From NCBI GenBank assembly GCA_051530055.1, contig CM121343.1:4744389-4808388 (forward strand): a stretch of 64,000 bases of DNA, written 5' to 3'. The DNA is from Neoechinorhynchus agilis. Taxonomy: Eukaryota > Animalia > Acanthocephala. The notes below the pieces were generated by a model. The model was not told the DNA's origin. It saw nothing but the letters and a program-made list of their open reading frames with translations, and did not search any database. Of this stretch, positions 23,406 through 35,576 are shown piece by piece; positions within the stretch are counted from its first letter, which is position 1; each line of letters starts with the position of its first letter. Position numbers and translations under genes: made by a program.

Positions 23406-25526
23406 ATGGCAGCAACTAGCGAGTTCAACAGCGAATTCGAATACTATCCTGACGAAGAAACGTATAGTCCACCTAGTCGAGTGGTTAACGTGTCGCTGGT
23501 AAAATCACTGTCTGAGTACGAAGACATGTATCAACGATCAACTGATGATCCATCGTCGTTTTGGGCTCAATTTGTGGACAACTTTTATTGGCATAAAAAG
23601 CCTGATTCTTCAAAGCTACTTGAATATCGCTTTTGCGACAAAGACCCGCTTATTTCGTGGTTTCCCGGTGGATACACAAATCTATGCTACAATTGTCTCG
23701 ACTTTAACATATCCAAAGGTATAGCAAGCGAAGTTGCATTTGACTGGATTGGTAATGATCCATCTCAGACAATGACTTATACATACAGTGATCTTTTAAA
23801 GGAAGTTACCGCGTTAAGTCTTGCATTGGTGTCATTGGGTATCAAAGAAGGTGACGTCGTCGCTGTTTATACAGGAATGGTTCCCGAGACCATCGTGGCA
23901 ATGCTAGCAACTGCCAGAATAGGTGCCGTTCATATGGTAGTTTTCGGGGGTTACTCCTCCGATGCGCTGGCCGCAAGAATGATTGACTCAAAGGCACGTA
24001 TCTTAGTGACCATCGACGGATGCTATCGAGCGACTAAACTTATCAGGATGGAAAACATTGCAAAAAAAGCAGTGAGCCTGTGCCGAGCTGTTCAGGATGA
24101 AAAAAAATATATGTTCGAGAAAATAATCATCAAACGACATTTAAATCGATTTGAAAAGGGAGAAAGCGATGAACGGCAGTTACCTGATGATATAATCGAT
24201 TACGACCAACTTGTATCACCATTCCGGGGTCTAGATGTAAGTGAGCCAGCCTGGATGGAAAGTAATAGTACACTATTTATTCTTCATACAAGCGGATCGA
24301 CGGGCAAACCAAAGGGCATAGTTCACTCCCTTGCTGGCTATATGGTTTATGCAGCGGTGACATTTAATTACACTTTTAATATGTCGGAAGGAGATGTATT
24401 TTTCTGCACTGGAGATTTGGGCTGGATCACCGGACACACTTATAATTGCTATGGACCTTTGCTAACTGGTCGACGGTTTGTTATGCTCGAAGGCATAATT
24501 CTACACCCTGATGCTGGATTTTGTTGGCGCATGTGCGAGAAATACCGGGTAACGCATTTATACACGGCTCCTACAGCTATACGTGCTCTTCAGAAGCACG
24601 GTTCAGAGGTTGTCAAGAAAAGTGATCTTAGCAGATTAAAGGTCATTGGCACTGTCGGGGAACCAATCAGTAAAACGTCATGGTCGTGGCTGTATGAAAT
24701 TGTGGGTAAATCTAAATGCGCCATTGTCGACACTTATTTTTTGACGGAAGCAGGCGGTCATTTGATTACGACATTACCGGGTGTTCATAAAATGAAGCCG
24801 TGCTCAGCTGGAAAACCATTTTTCGGCGTTGCCCCTGCAATTGTTGACGAAGACGGAAAAGAGCTAACCGATCCAAACAGTTCGGTAGAAGGTTATTTGG
24901 TATTTAAACAACCTTGGCCCGGGATGATGCGTGGTATATATGGTGCGTTTGCATCTGAATATGGCGAGAAATACTTTGGTCGATTCGGTGGAAAATATTT
25001 CTTTACGGGAGATGGCGCAATTCGCGACAAAGATGGATATCTCTGGGTGACTGGGAGGGTGGATGATATGATGAATTGCTCTGGCCATTTACTGAGTTCT
25101 GCGGAAATTGAAAATGTAATTTCAACACATCCTGATGTCTACGAGTGTGCCGTTGTCGCCGTTCCCCATGTAATTAAAGGACAATGTCCGTACGCGTTTG
25201 TTGTTCGCAACGACAATGCTACTAAAGACAACAAATATCCAGTTACCGATATCATCGGGCGAGTTAGAGGAACAATTGGACCTTTCGCTGCCCCCGATAA
25301 GATACTATTCGTTTCTAGTTTACCTAAAACGAGATCGGGGAAGCTTATGAGAAGAATTCTAAGACACCTTTGTCTCCATAAAGTCGATTTTGGCGATGTT
25401 AGTGCTCTCACCGAACCGAGTATGCTTGAGTGCCTTGTCAGAGAAGTGGACGTACAACTTGGAGCAGGGAAGATCGCTGACCTATTCTACAAAAAACAAA
25501 AAACACAGCAGCTAATAAATGAATAG
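23406..25526 (+). CDS. Acetyl-coenzyme A synthetase (ACSS2/ACSS1-like), intronless
   Basis: WFPGGYTNLCYNCLD, HMVVFGGYS, LFILHTSGSTGKPKGIVH, GDLGWITGH, VGEPI, FFTGDGA, TGRVDDMMN and LPKTRSGKLMRRILR. First ATG at 23406. Confidence 0.95.
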   Translation: MAATSEFNSEFEYYPDEETYSPPSRVVNVSLVKSLSEYEDMYQRSTDDPSSFWAQFVDNFYWHKKPDSSKLLEYRFCDKDPLISWFPGGYTNLCYNCLDFNISKGIASEVAFDWIGNDPSQTMTYTYSDLLKEVTALSLALVSLGIKEGDVVAVYTGMVPETIVAMLATARIGAVHMVVFGGYSSDALAARMIDSKARILVTIDGCYRATKLIRMENIAKKAVSLCRAVQDEKKYMFEKIIIKRHLNRFEKGESDERQLPDDIIDYDQLVSPFRGLDVSEPAWMESNSTLFILHTSGSTGKPKGIVHSLAGYMVYAAVTFNYTFNMSEGDVFFCTGDLGWITGHTYNCYGPLLTGRRFVMLEGIILHPDAGFCWRMCEKYRVTHLYTAPTAIRALQKHGSEVVKKSDLSRLKVIGTVGEPISKTSWSWLYEIVGKSKCAIVDTYFLTEAGGHLITTLPGVHKMKPCSAGKPFFGVAPAIVDEDGKELTDPNSSVEGYLVFKQPWPGMMRGIYGAFASEYGEKYFGRFGGKYFFTGDGAIRDKDGYLWVTGRVDDMMNCSGHLLSSAEIENVISTHPDVYECAVVAVPHVIKGQCPYAFVVRNDNATKDNKYPVTDIIGRVRGTIGPFAAPDKILFVSSLPKTRSGKLMRRILRHLCLHKVDFGDVSALTEPSMLECLVREVDVQLGAGKIADLFYKKQKTQQLINE

Positions 25527-26963
25527 TTTTCAAAATCCGGCCGTATTATTATATGCACCTGTGTTGTTGTTCGAATCTACTACCACTGTCCAATATAATG
25601 TTACTTGAATTGTCTTTTACGTGTTTGCAAAATCCTTGACTCAATGATTGGTTAATAAATCAAATTCATCAAATGTTTAATTCTGCGAGAATTGTGTAGT
25701 ATGTGACATAATCATAACATGAACGGATTCTTGAATTATATGGCACCATATGATATTGACCGATGGTGCTAAGTATTATTCTATGCTTTGATCTTCAATT
25801 AATCGGCGAATGGAGATGTCGCTTAAGTTCAAATTTCCCAATTGTGATCATTTAGTTAATGAAACGCGCGACGACCACTTGAAATTCGAGTCATATTCGT
25901 ATATGGCGAATTATTATTTTCTCGGGAAATTTTTTTATATTTTATCAATCACAACATACCTCATTTAGATACAAAATAGATTGAATTATTGAATTGCCGT
26001 TGCTGTTAATGCAATCTATTCGGAAAAAGTGCAAAATATCTAAAAGCTTGAATTTGTTACTAAGTCTTTCAACTCATTAAGACAAAAAAGTCAAGTCGAG
26101 CACAATGTATTGCAACTTGTTTGGTAAGTCTCTTTAGCAATTATTGTAACAGCTTCATATAAACCTCATTTATGTTTAAAATGCACCAAGCTTGATTATT
26201 TACTATTCGCAGTCATTTTAAAAATGTGTTAATGCATTTGCACTAATTTGGAATCCTTGAAGCATTTTACAGGACAAATGTTAGTATGGTCGTTTAAGTA
26301 TTATGCTAATAAGGTCGCATTAATAATGATGCCTTTTATTGTTCAAAATGGAGGACCATGTACCTAGGCCTCGTGAACCCACAAACTAAAGTATCGGATT
26401 ATTGAGTGTAGCGATTGGTGTTACGGGTCCGGTCGGTTGCCACGGGGTCGTCCCTAGCCGAGTCCCGTTCATTGATTATTTTTGTAGTTTAGAGTAAATG
26501 ACGAGAGAGAGGAGGAACGAATTATTTTTAGTATACAACTAGACTGCAGGATCACGATAATAATTATGTTCGCTGCTCTTTTCCGCTTAAAAGAGTGCAA
26601 AGCAAGATTTTTTGCACCGGAAATGAGTTGGCAAATGACACATACCATAAACCCAACATTGGTTTTCTCAGTCGAATGCTGCAGCGACGGCAACCATTAG
26701 TAGATCATAATGAACGAGTCCATCGGAACATGGACAATATAACAATAAACAACCCAACGTGTTATGATTGTCGGTCCATTTTCTGCCAAGTGATCTAACT
26801 CGCAGCGTCAGAGAAAGTCACCGTGAAATCCTTCTTGAGGTTGCAATCATAATCTACTCTCAAGTGTGGCACGATTCTCGCACTTCGCGCTCATACCTAA
26901 GGTTTGAATCACATTTGCACGCTTCGTAATATTAAAACGATTTTACTTTTTTGAGTTGGCTTA

Positions 26964-28034
26964 TTGATATTATCAAAAACTCAAATGATCGGTTGGTTAT
27001 TGCGAACGATTAGGCGCAGGTTGCTGATGTACAGATTACAAGCTGCTATTCGAAATGGGGACAATTCTTGTTTGGTTAAAGTACTCTCGAGATACATGGA
27101 ACACGGTGATGAGTATAGATCAACATTCATTTGCATCGATGAGCATTCCATCCCACTCATTGATGATAGCATGAACGTTATTGATGACCACACGCCGCTA
27201 ACCTTATCAGCAACATGTTTAAATTATGATGCTATTCAAATTTTGCTGTATCATGGAGCCGATGTAAATGCCTCTAACCCTGGAACGGGCTTATCGGCAC
27301 TTCACTATGTCTGTGAAAGTACACCAAAACTTCAAGAATTAGAAACGAGTGAGGACATTCAACTACATGAAGTAGTTCTAGTAGATATCATAAGGATTTT
27401 GATCGACAATGGCGCTGACCTTGAATATACTGCTTTAGTCCGCACGGATTCTCTTGACTTAATACATGTTTCTGAGACACCATTAAAGCCATGAGTTTCG
27501 ATCCGGGAGCACTCTTTAAAGGCATCCGATATTAACATGGCTCAAATGCACGCCGTGAGGTTTTCAAATTATATTGCAGCTAAATATCTTCTTCGCCGTG
27601 GTGCGGATGCAAATGCTTTTGACTCATATAATGGAACAACGGCTATTCACATCGCTGCAGGTAATGGTGATTTACAAATGTTATCGCTACTACTAGCATG
27701 TGGTGCAAACATTGAACATACATCTACCGGTCAAATAAATGCCCTGCACTGGTTTGTGGCCAATTCTCAGGACGATGCTAATTGCTTAAAGTTCATAATT
27801 GAATCTGGCTGTGATATCAATGCTGTTACACCCAACGAGAAAACGACGCCACTAATGCTGGCCGCAGGAAATGGTCTTATTGAAAGTGTACGAACGTTGC
27901 TTGATTATGGAGCTTCTTGCCTTGATGTAGATATAGAAGGGCGGAGCGCCATTTCCTATGCAAGAGATCACGGATTTGACAATTGTGTTGAGGAAATAAG
28001 CCGACGATTCGCTAGAAATGCAATCTCAAATTAA
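26964..28034 (+). CDS. Ankyrin-repeat protein interrupted by a 60-bp stop-containing segment (27486-27545)
   Basis: Repeats TPLTLSA..GADVN, SALHYVC, ETPL|MHAV, TAIHIAA, NALHWFV, TPLMLAA and SAISYA. The two ORFs are in the same frame and join at ETPL-MHAVR. Start uncertain. Confidence 0.75.
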
Positions 28035-28479
28035 ATTTATTCACTGTATTTCAACAAGATAATACGTCTCTTTAAATTGCAATACGGGAAATCAATTCAT
28101 CTTGTTAACTACGCATAAAATTTTCAAATAGTTTCTTTTTATTGGGCTTGATCCGTATGCATAAAATTTTTATTTATCCAGTATAATTCCTGCTACCGTG
28201 CCGACGTGCTTGCAAATATAAATTTTTATACTTTATGGAAAGAAGCATGAAAATCGAAAAAGAAATACTGTGATAACGACTTCTTTCGGATGCCCGACGT
28301 GCAACCATAGGAAGCTTGTGTCGGCGAACAGAAAGAAAAACACATATTTGACCATTGTAGAGAACAGTAATAAAATACTTCACGTCTTGATTAAGTGTCG
28401 CTGCTAAAATACTAATAATGAAATAACCTTCGATTTTATGACTCTAAAGCTGAAAACATTTTTTGTTAATAAATAATAG

Positions 28480-28800
28480 AGCACAAAACGTGCAATCACC
28501 ACCGTCCGCAAAATTGGAGCTTCTCTCCTTCCTCGGCTGTCGCTATCACGCTAGCAGCATTGCTTCGTTGTACTGCGAGCGAGATTTTTTGTCGCAGGAA
28601 TACACCTGCTCGTGCGTCGCCGGTCGTTTCTTTCAATTTTTTCGAGAGATCCTGGAGCAGAGTGGGTGCCAAGTAGTCAAGCGCTCCATACGTCTCTACT
28701 CCGAAGGGGACAAAATAGTGGGCCTTGCTAAATCTCTATATTTTGGAACCTTCCTCCCTTCCGCTGCACTGGCTGTACCCCCAGCGATTATGCGTAAAGG
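28480..28800 (-). mobile_element. CRE-like retrotransposon RLE 3' fragment; near-identical inverted copy at 39055-39350
   Basis: AGGTASAAEGRKVPKYRDLA...FVPFGVETYGAL...LLQDLSKKL.ETTGDARAGVFLRQKISLAVQRSNAASV. Confidence 0.85.
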
Positions 28801-29989
28801 CTGACCTAGACGTTTATTGACCCGAATTCAATCGAGCTTATTTAGCATGGAACAGTGCAAAAATTGGCTACTAATCCTATTCACACTCCTACATATTTTC
28901 TATACCAATTGGCTGGATCTATTTTCTAAGTTATCTTATTTTCTGTCGTGCACTTTTTAAGATATTAAACAACAATATTTAATCTTTACATTTTCTGACT
29001 TATTCGTACTCAATGAGATTTGTGCAACTTAAAATTTCCAACTTAGGTAAACCTTAAAATTTGTTGTTGCTAGGAGAACGAACCTTCTAAGAATCCCATA
29101 TGATACACCCAAAACGCCAGCGACCACTTGTGGGATTTGCAATTTTTACATTCTCGTTATGACCTTGTACATTCCCAAATGAACGCTTATGTTCCACATA
29201 AACCGACACAGGGAGAGCTTCTCTTTCATTGTCTATTCTAAACTTATAAACAAATAAATCAATAAGCAATGAAAGGGCTGCTAAGTATTCTACTCTTATC
29301 GATGTTGAACCAAAGAAGTGCTATAAATGAGTTACTGATACCCCAAAGGGTTCGTTAATTGAAGCTATGAGAATAGTTAAGAATATATTAACGGAGACTA
29401 TTCAGTGCGAAAAGGAAGCTCTTAGAAGTGAACAGTTGGTAGAAATCAAAAAGTGCAATGGGAATAACTCTAGCGGTTCAAAGGGGTAGACAAAGGTTTC
29501 AAACGGGCATTCTAAGAAACAAGCTGAGGCTTACAGAAATGGGCTATTGAAGCTTCCACAAAGGAGAACACGGTTTTAGTAGATTCCATCCTTATGGCAA
29601 ACTCAAACGAAGATTTGTTGGAAATGCGTCTTGTCTAAAAGACTGCGAATACGTCGACGATTATTTGGGACTTGGTGTCACAAGCAGAGGATAAGCAGCC
29701 TGGAGTACTTAATGGTTCTAAAATTACTGCGTAGGAGTATGATATTGTGACTTTGATAAAAGGTAACCATGGAAAAAACGAAAACAATTCATCTTCAGTA
29801 ACTACAAAGCAAGCTAGGGTCGAACGAAAGGTAGACGAAACAGCTGAACGAGTAGGATAAAAGCAAAAAGATAACAAATAACTACAGGAATATGAAGTCG
29901 ACAAGAATGCCATCACAATCAATCAACCCTCAGATTTATTTCTGTAATGATACGCCTTCTCCATCCCGCCCATAATCCCTTGCCACTCT

Positions 29990-31035
29990 GAATTCGATTC
30001 ATCGTGCCATGCACACCTCCCTCGAGGATATAAATCGCATTATTTTTTATTACTGGTATACCTGAATCTCCTGTCGCAGATCCTTCCGCTGCTGATGCAC
30101 ACCACCACAATATTCTTCGTATCACTCAACTCCTTTTCCCCAACTTGCATTCTGCGTTCCCCTCCCCGCCAACAACTGTTGTAAGCATTCCCTCCAAAAA
30201 TCCCTCTAACCTGCGCCCACGTCTTCTCAAAGTAACTTTCAACTCACCTCTTGACGAGCTGTCTCCTCATCACCAAAGGCGCACCTCAAGGTGCTGTGCT
30301 GTCACCACTTCCTTTTAATGTTTCTTAAACGAACTTTAACCTCGCTCGTCCAGATCTGAACCTTTCTTATATGCCGACCATCTCACCTTCATCATTCAGT
30401 CACCACCTCACCTCTCCTTAACCTCTAACGATACCACGCTCATCAAAGATTTGTGCACCAATCGAAAACTCCACCTGAAATTTACGAAATTCTTCGAGAT
30501 GATCATCTGAATCTCCCACAAATCCATATTCTACCCCAAGCTTCATAATGCCATCCTAAGAATCACCTCCAAATCCAATCGAATCCCAAATTTCCCCAAA
30601 CACAATACCTTTAAAATTCGCCTCCTCAAAACCCTCCGCCATCTAGGAATCTGGTCGCCCAATCTCCGCAAATTTTACTTCAGCTTTATTTTACCCTCCC
30701 TCCCCTACGGTTATCTCGTCTTTTGGAACCTTTTCCAATCACAAATCCGTCGTTTTGAATCGTTTCATGGAAGAGCATCTAAAATTTGCACAGTTGATTT
30801 TCATCCGTTCACCGAATACCCTTATAAGATTTTCAACAAACAATCAAAACGCTTCTCAACTCTTCCTCTACAATTTTTACAACATTTTACTCCTCTTTTA
30901 ACACGAGCACAGCACTCGCAATCCTAATTCCTTTCATCCTCCCTCAACCTCGATCCTTTATCTACCTAAGCTTCTTTTTTTCCATATTGCCCCATATTCA
31001 CGGATATCATAGCCCGAAATAAAACTGAATAAAAA
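29990..31035 (+). mobile_element. Internally deleted L2/CR1-like LINE: ORF1 end joined to RT domain 4 and the 3' end
   Basis: FITGIPE...RPRLLKVTF followed almost immediately by GAPQGAVLSP and FLYAD. The tail is the shared family 3' sequence. Confidence 0.7.
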
Positions 31036-31039
31036 GCCT

Positions 31040-34000
31040 GTCAACGTCCTCTCTCACACGTCAACGTCCTCTCTCACGTCAACGTCCTCTCTCTCGTCAA
31101 CGTTTAAAAACGTACCATTAGTTGGTCACCAACGATACAATCAACGTCGTCACACATCATCGAATATTTTCTTTGTCACACGATAAACACCGTCACAAGA
31201 TCTAACGTCGTAAACAATTGCAAACTTGCAAACAAATCTGTGAGCATCAACGTCGTTACACGATCAACGTCGTCGCACGATCTAACGTCATAAACACTTG
31301 AAAAAAATGCCGAGGTCAAAGCGTCCAACCACCAAGCTCGTTCCCTGCGACATGGACGATTGCCCGGTTACAACTCAAATATTCGTCACAAATACTTGGG
31401 CAGTAGGCCGGAAATTTATTTGCGGTTCCTGTACTGCCGCCTTGCTCAAACCGTGTTCTCCGGTTTCCCCCCTTCCCAATAAGTACTCAAACACTAACCA
31501 CTCCCAAACCCCTAAACCCCATCCCCGTCCATCTTCAGTTTCCCCACCCCAAACCTCCTCTTCTCCCTCGCTTCGCTCTTTAAATACTGTCCACCCACCC
31601 TTTGCTGTCGGCGCCGTCCAAGACTCCTCTCCACACTCTAATTCGACTTTTCTTCAACAATATTCTCCCCTCCTTAATACCGTTCCTATCATCTCTCATA
31701 CCCCTTTTCCCTCGTCCCTGCACTCTAAGTCTCACTCTGCTCCACCATTAAAACGGAACCCCCCTTCCTCCTCGGCCTCATCTAAATCCTCCACCTCCTC
31801 TCTAGCACCCCGTACTGCTAGAAAAACCATAAACCTCTCCCATCCTTCTACGATTACGTTTCAACATTAGCCCCATCAAAACCTACAACCTTCTCTCCTG
31901 TACCTCGATTTTCTAGTAAAAAGCACACACCCCTACCATCCTTCAACGACTACGTTAAGCATCCCTCGCCTCGTGAATTAACTCCTCCTAAACCCCTCTC
32001 ATCCTTGCCACCCCTAAAACCACTATTCCGCACCCTACCAAATCAGGAAATTTTCGCTTCGCCCATCAGAAGCGAAAAATACCTCGGACGCTCACACTAC
32101 CTCACTTCTTACCACCACCTCTTCAACTGCCAATATCCTCTTTCCCCCCGAGTTCATCCCGCATGCACAGTTCCCACCCCTGTGCTCCCTACACTCAAAT
32201 CACCCCTTACTATAGTGTCCACCCACGAATCCATTACCCCCGAACTAACCCATCGGTCAACTCCCATCCCTTCTCTCTCTGCGTAGCTTCAACCCTCTGC
32301 GTCAGTGCCCACCCCTCATGTCCCTTCTAAATATCCCTTTCTAATAATCTTTTATTCTAACATCCGCAGCCTCCTCCCCAAACTGGATGAGCGCAACGCC
32401 GACATCCTTGTAATTACGGAAATATGGCTCTCACCCCATAGCAAATTATCTGCCTTCCTTCCAAACCTTCAAGCTTTTCACTTCACAACGGACTTCCGAA
32501 ACGAGGGAGGCATATCGATCTTCATCCGCGCTTCTCTCCCTTACCATTGCTCTTCACCCTACCTTTTTATCTCCAACGATCTTGAATGGCTACACATCCA
32601 ACTTGATCTCCCGCTCCGCAATGGCCAACGTCAGATCTCTATCGCTGGCCTTTATCGCCCTCCTTCCTCATACATCCCCAACACGCTTCAACAAATAGAC
32701 CGCCTATTTACTGACCTACTTTCCACTTCCTCAGATCACTTCATCATATTGGGCGATTTTAACAAACTGCCGATCCTGCCCTCGCTCTCTCATCTCTCCC
32801 AACTCGTTACTTTCCCCACACGCTTCTCCTCCCGCCTTGATAAATGTTCTCAAACATCAGGCAATACTCGTGCACTACCAAACTCCCCGGATCGCCTCAT
32901 CTGACCATTATTCCATCCTTCTCTCCCCCTCATCACCTCAAAAACGTTCCTTTTCCGACCCCTACGTTGTCTGGGATAAACGTGATCATCATACCCAATC
33001 CTTTGCTGCATGTGTCAATTCTATTATCACGCAGAACTGCCCTACCATCTTTGGCACCGACCCCTCGACTGCAATGGGCTCTTTGTTAAATCTAATAGAA
33101 TCTGCGATGAAGACCTCCTTTCCTCGCAAAACAATACGAATTTCGAACCGCGACCCTCTATGGTTCTCGCCTTTTCTAAAAACCCGTCAAATCCAGGTGA
33201 CCAAAGCTTTCCGATCATGTAATCCTGTTTGCCCCTCCCTCCACTCCGCACTGACAAAACGCACCTGTATAGCCCGCAAATTATTCCTCTTATCTCGTCT
33301 CTCGTCCGTCCCCAATCAAAACTGGTGGCGTGAAATAAAAAATGTCACTGGTATTGGAGGGGTCCCCCAAGGCGCCGTACTTTCCCCTCTGCTCTTTGAC
33401 ATTTTTCTAAATGACCTCCATCCCCTCGCTCCCCCTACGAAATATTTTCTCTATGCAGATGACCTCATAGTCATTACCATCGCATTTCCCTCTCTCTCCC
33501 TCTCCACAACCATGGACGAGCTCAACCATCTCATTTCCTCGCTCTCGACCCTAAACCTCTCCCTAAACTTATCCAAATCTTTTGAGCTTGTCCCCCACAT
33601 TTCCAAACGCAATCTTATCCCCGCGCCTCTCCCTCTCCCTATCCAAAGCTCCTCCTCTCTCCGAATACTGGGCCTGATTTTACAAGAAAATCTTAAATGG
33701 GATGCCCACATTTCATTTACGCTCTCTAAAGCAAACCCTCGTCTTTACCTTCTCAAACTCCTCCGGCGTCTCGACGTATCCCCTAAATACCTTGCCCACT
33801 TTTATCTCTCTGCCATCCTCTCTATCCTTACATACGCTTTCCCCACTTTCCTCACCCTTTCCGTCAAAGCTCTCCATTCCCTCGAAACCTTCCACAGAGA
33901 GCAGCGAGAATATGCGGGACTTCACTCCCTCCCCTCGACGCCCACCTCCACTCCATTTTCTACAAAAACGCCCTCCGTCTTCTTCAACCCCCTCCACAAT

Positions 34001-34620
34001 TTTCTTCCCTCATCTCTAAATACTCTTCCCTCATAAACACCCGGAACACAAACCTTTTTCATACCCCCTCGCTCGTACCACCCTCTACCAAAAATCTTTC
34101 CTCCCACAAGCCCAATCCTTCCTTAATAAACGGAGAACAGGGAAAGATTCTCAATCGGTCATCTCCTGTACAAAACCTCCGATCGCACACTAACACCCCT
34201 TCAAAGAAAAAGTCCCACCTCCCTTGCCTTCAACATCCGTCATCCAGACCTGGCAAGTGTGTGGATCGTGCATTTCTTACATTAATACACGTGTTTATAT
34301 AAACTCTTCTCGACTCGAATAACCAAATACCTTCCCCCATTCGACCGAACTGGTTATAAACTTCAAAATGAACAGCCACATTCATTTAGTCTATCGGAAT
34401 CTTACCCTCCCTCACCTACGGTTATCCCTTCTTTTGGAACCTTTCTCCATCTAAAATCCGTCATTTTGAAACGTTTCATAGAAGAGCATCTAAAATTTGC
34501 ACAGTTGATTTTCATCCGTTCACCGAATATCTGTATCAGATTTTCAACAAACAATCAAAACGCCTCACAACCCTTCCTGTACAATTTTTGCAACATCACA
34601 AATCCGTCTCCGCAATCTTT
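31040..34620 (+). mobile_element. L2/CR1-like LINE with 5' repeats, PHD-like ORF1, APE and internally deleted RT
   Basis: TCAACGTC repeats at 31040-31290. C-x4-C...C-x2-C in 31298-31870. YSNIRSL..K, ILVITEIWL, GGISIF, GLYRPP, GDFN and SDH in 32305-32930. GVPQGAVLSPLLF, YADD and RILGLIL...LKWDAHI. Pyrimidine-rich strand. Confidence 0.85.
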
Positions 34621-34851
34621 TTTAAATAGTTTATGGTTATCAAAAATTTGGTGTCTTTTATCCCCATCTTAGCATCTGCAAATAAGTGAAGGTGGGCTCT
34701 GCTTTTTTAGGATAATATTGGATAAAGATTCAAATAACACGGATGGTAGATCAGTGGCGTATCTAGCGACTATCAGAGACGGAATCTAAATAATTCAATT
34801 TACTTGTGAACACAGTTTCATGTTGAGGATTGCATTCGGGTGGTAGGATAT

Positions 34852-35012
34852 GTTATTATTTAGGTTGCTTGTCGACGACACCCGTGGGAGATCGCGTTAA
34901 AGACAAATATATTTCGACTGATTGAATTAACAATAGTAGTTTAAATCAGTCGAAATATACATTCGTCTTTAACGATCACTTCCGGGTGTCAACATACGAC
35001 CTAAACAATAAC
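34852..35012. repeat. ~70-bp imperfect inverted repeat (foldback/MITE-like)
   Basis: TATTTCGACTGATT / AATCAGTCGAAATA core, extended by GTTAAAGAC/GTCTTTAAC and GACACCCG/CGGGTGTC. Confidence 0.7.
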
Positions 35013-35576
35013 AGAGTTTCAGATCGGAATGCAAGGTGGATAAGGCTTTAAATTTTGCTAAAAAAGGAGTCAGATGGGAAAACGACCCGCGCCTGATCCC
35101 TAGCCTAATTGTGCGAGTTCTTTCTATATATTTCTAACTCTAAATGTAGCAGGTAAAAACTGACGGACTTGTGATCAATCCGACACTCATTCTTGTACTT
35201 GGATCAACTCTTACGGAATTTCCGATAAAATGTATCAGAAGAAGGACAATGTGCGTGTTGTTAAATTAATTTTTATTTTGTATATGTGGCCGTGTTTAAA
35301 TTAATAACCGGTATGAAATTACGCCACTTGAACATTTTATGATTTTTTAACGTTTATTAAAGGTAAAAAATGCCGCAGCCACGAGTTTCGCTCTCGTATC
35401 AATGAAGGGTGACCACCGGAACGTGAAAAAATCTAATGTTCATGACCTTAAAAGGAAAACCGGCTGTCTTCAGAATAACACCAATCACAGAAACTTGTGA
35501 GTTTTTGAAGTGGGTTTTAATGAACGCACGGACTAATTATTCCGCCTGTATTATTGTTGGCCAGACAAAATTTTTT

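Noticed and set aside
24864-25411. Short antisense or alternate-frame ORFs over ACS, DCAF7, the PPR gene and LINE ORFs
   Set aside because: Shadow ORFs of real coding sequence with no independent motifs.
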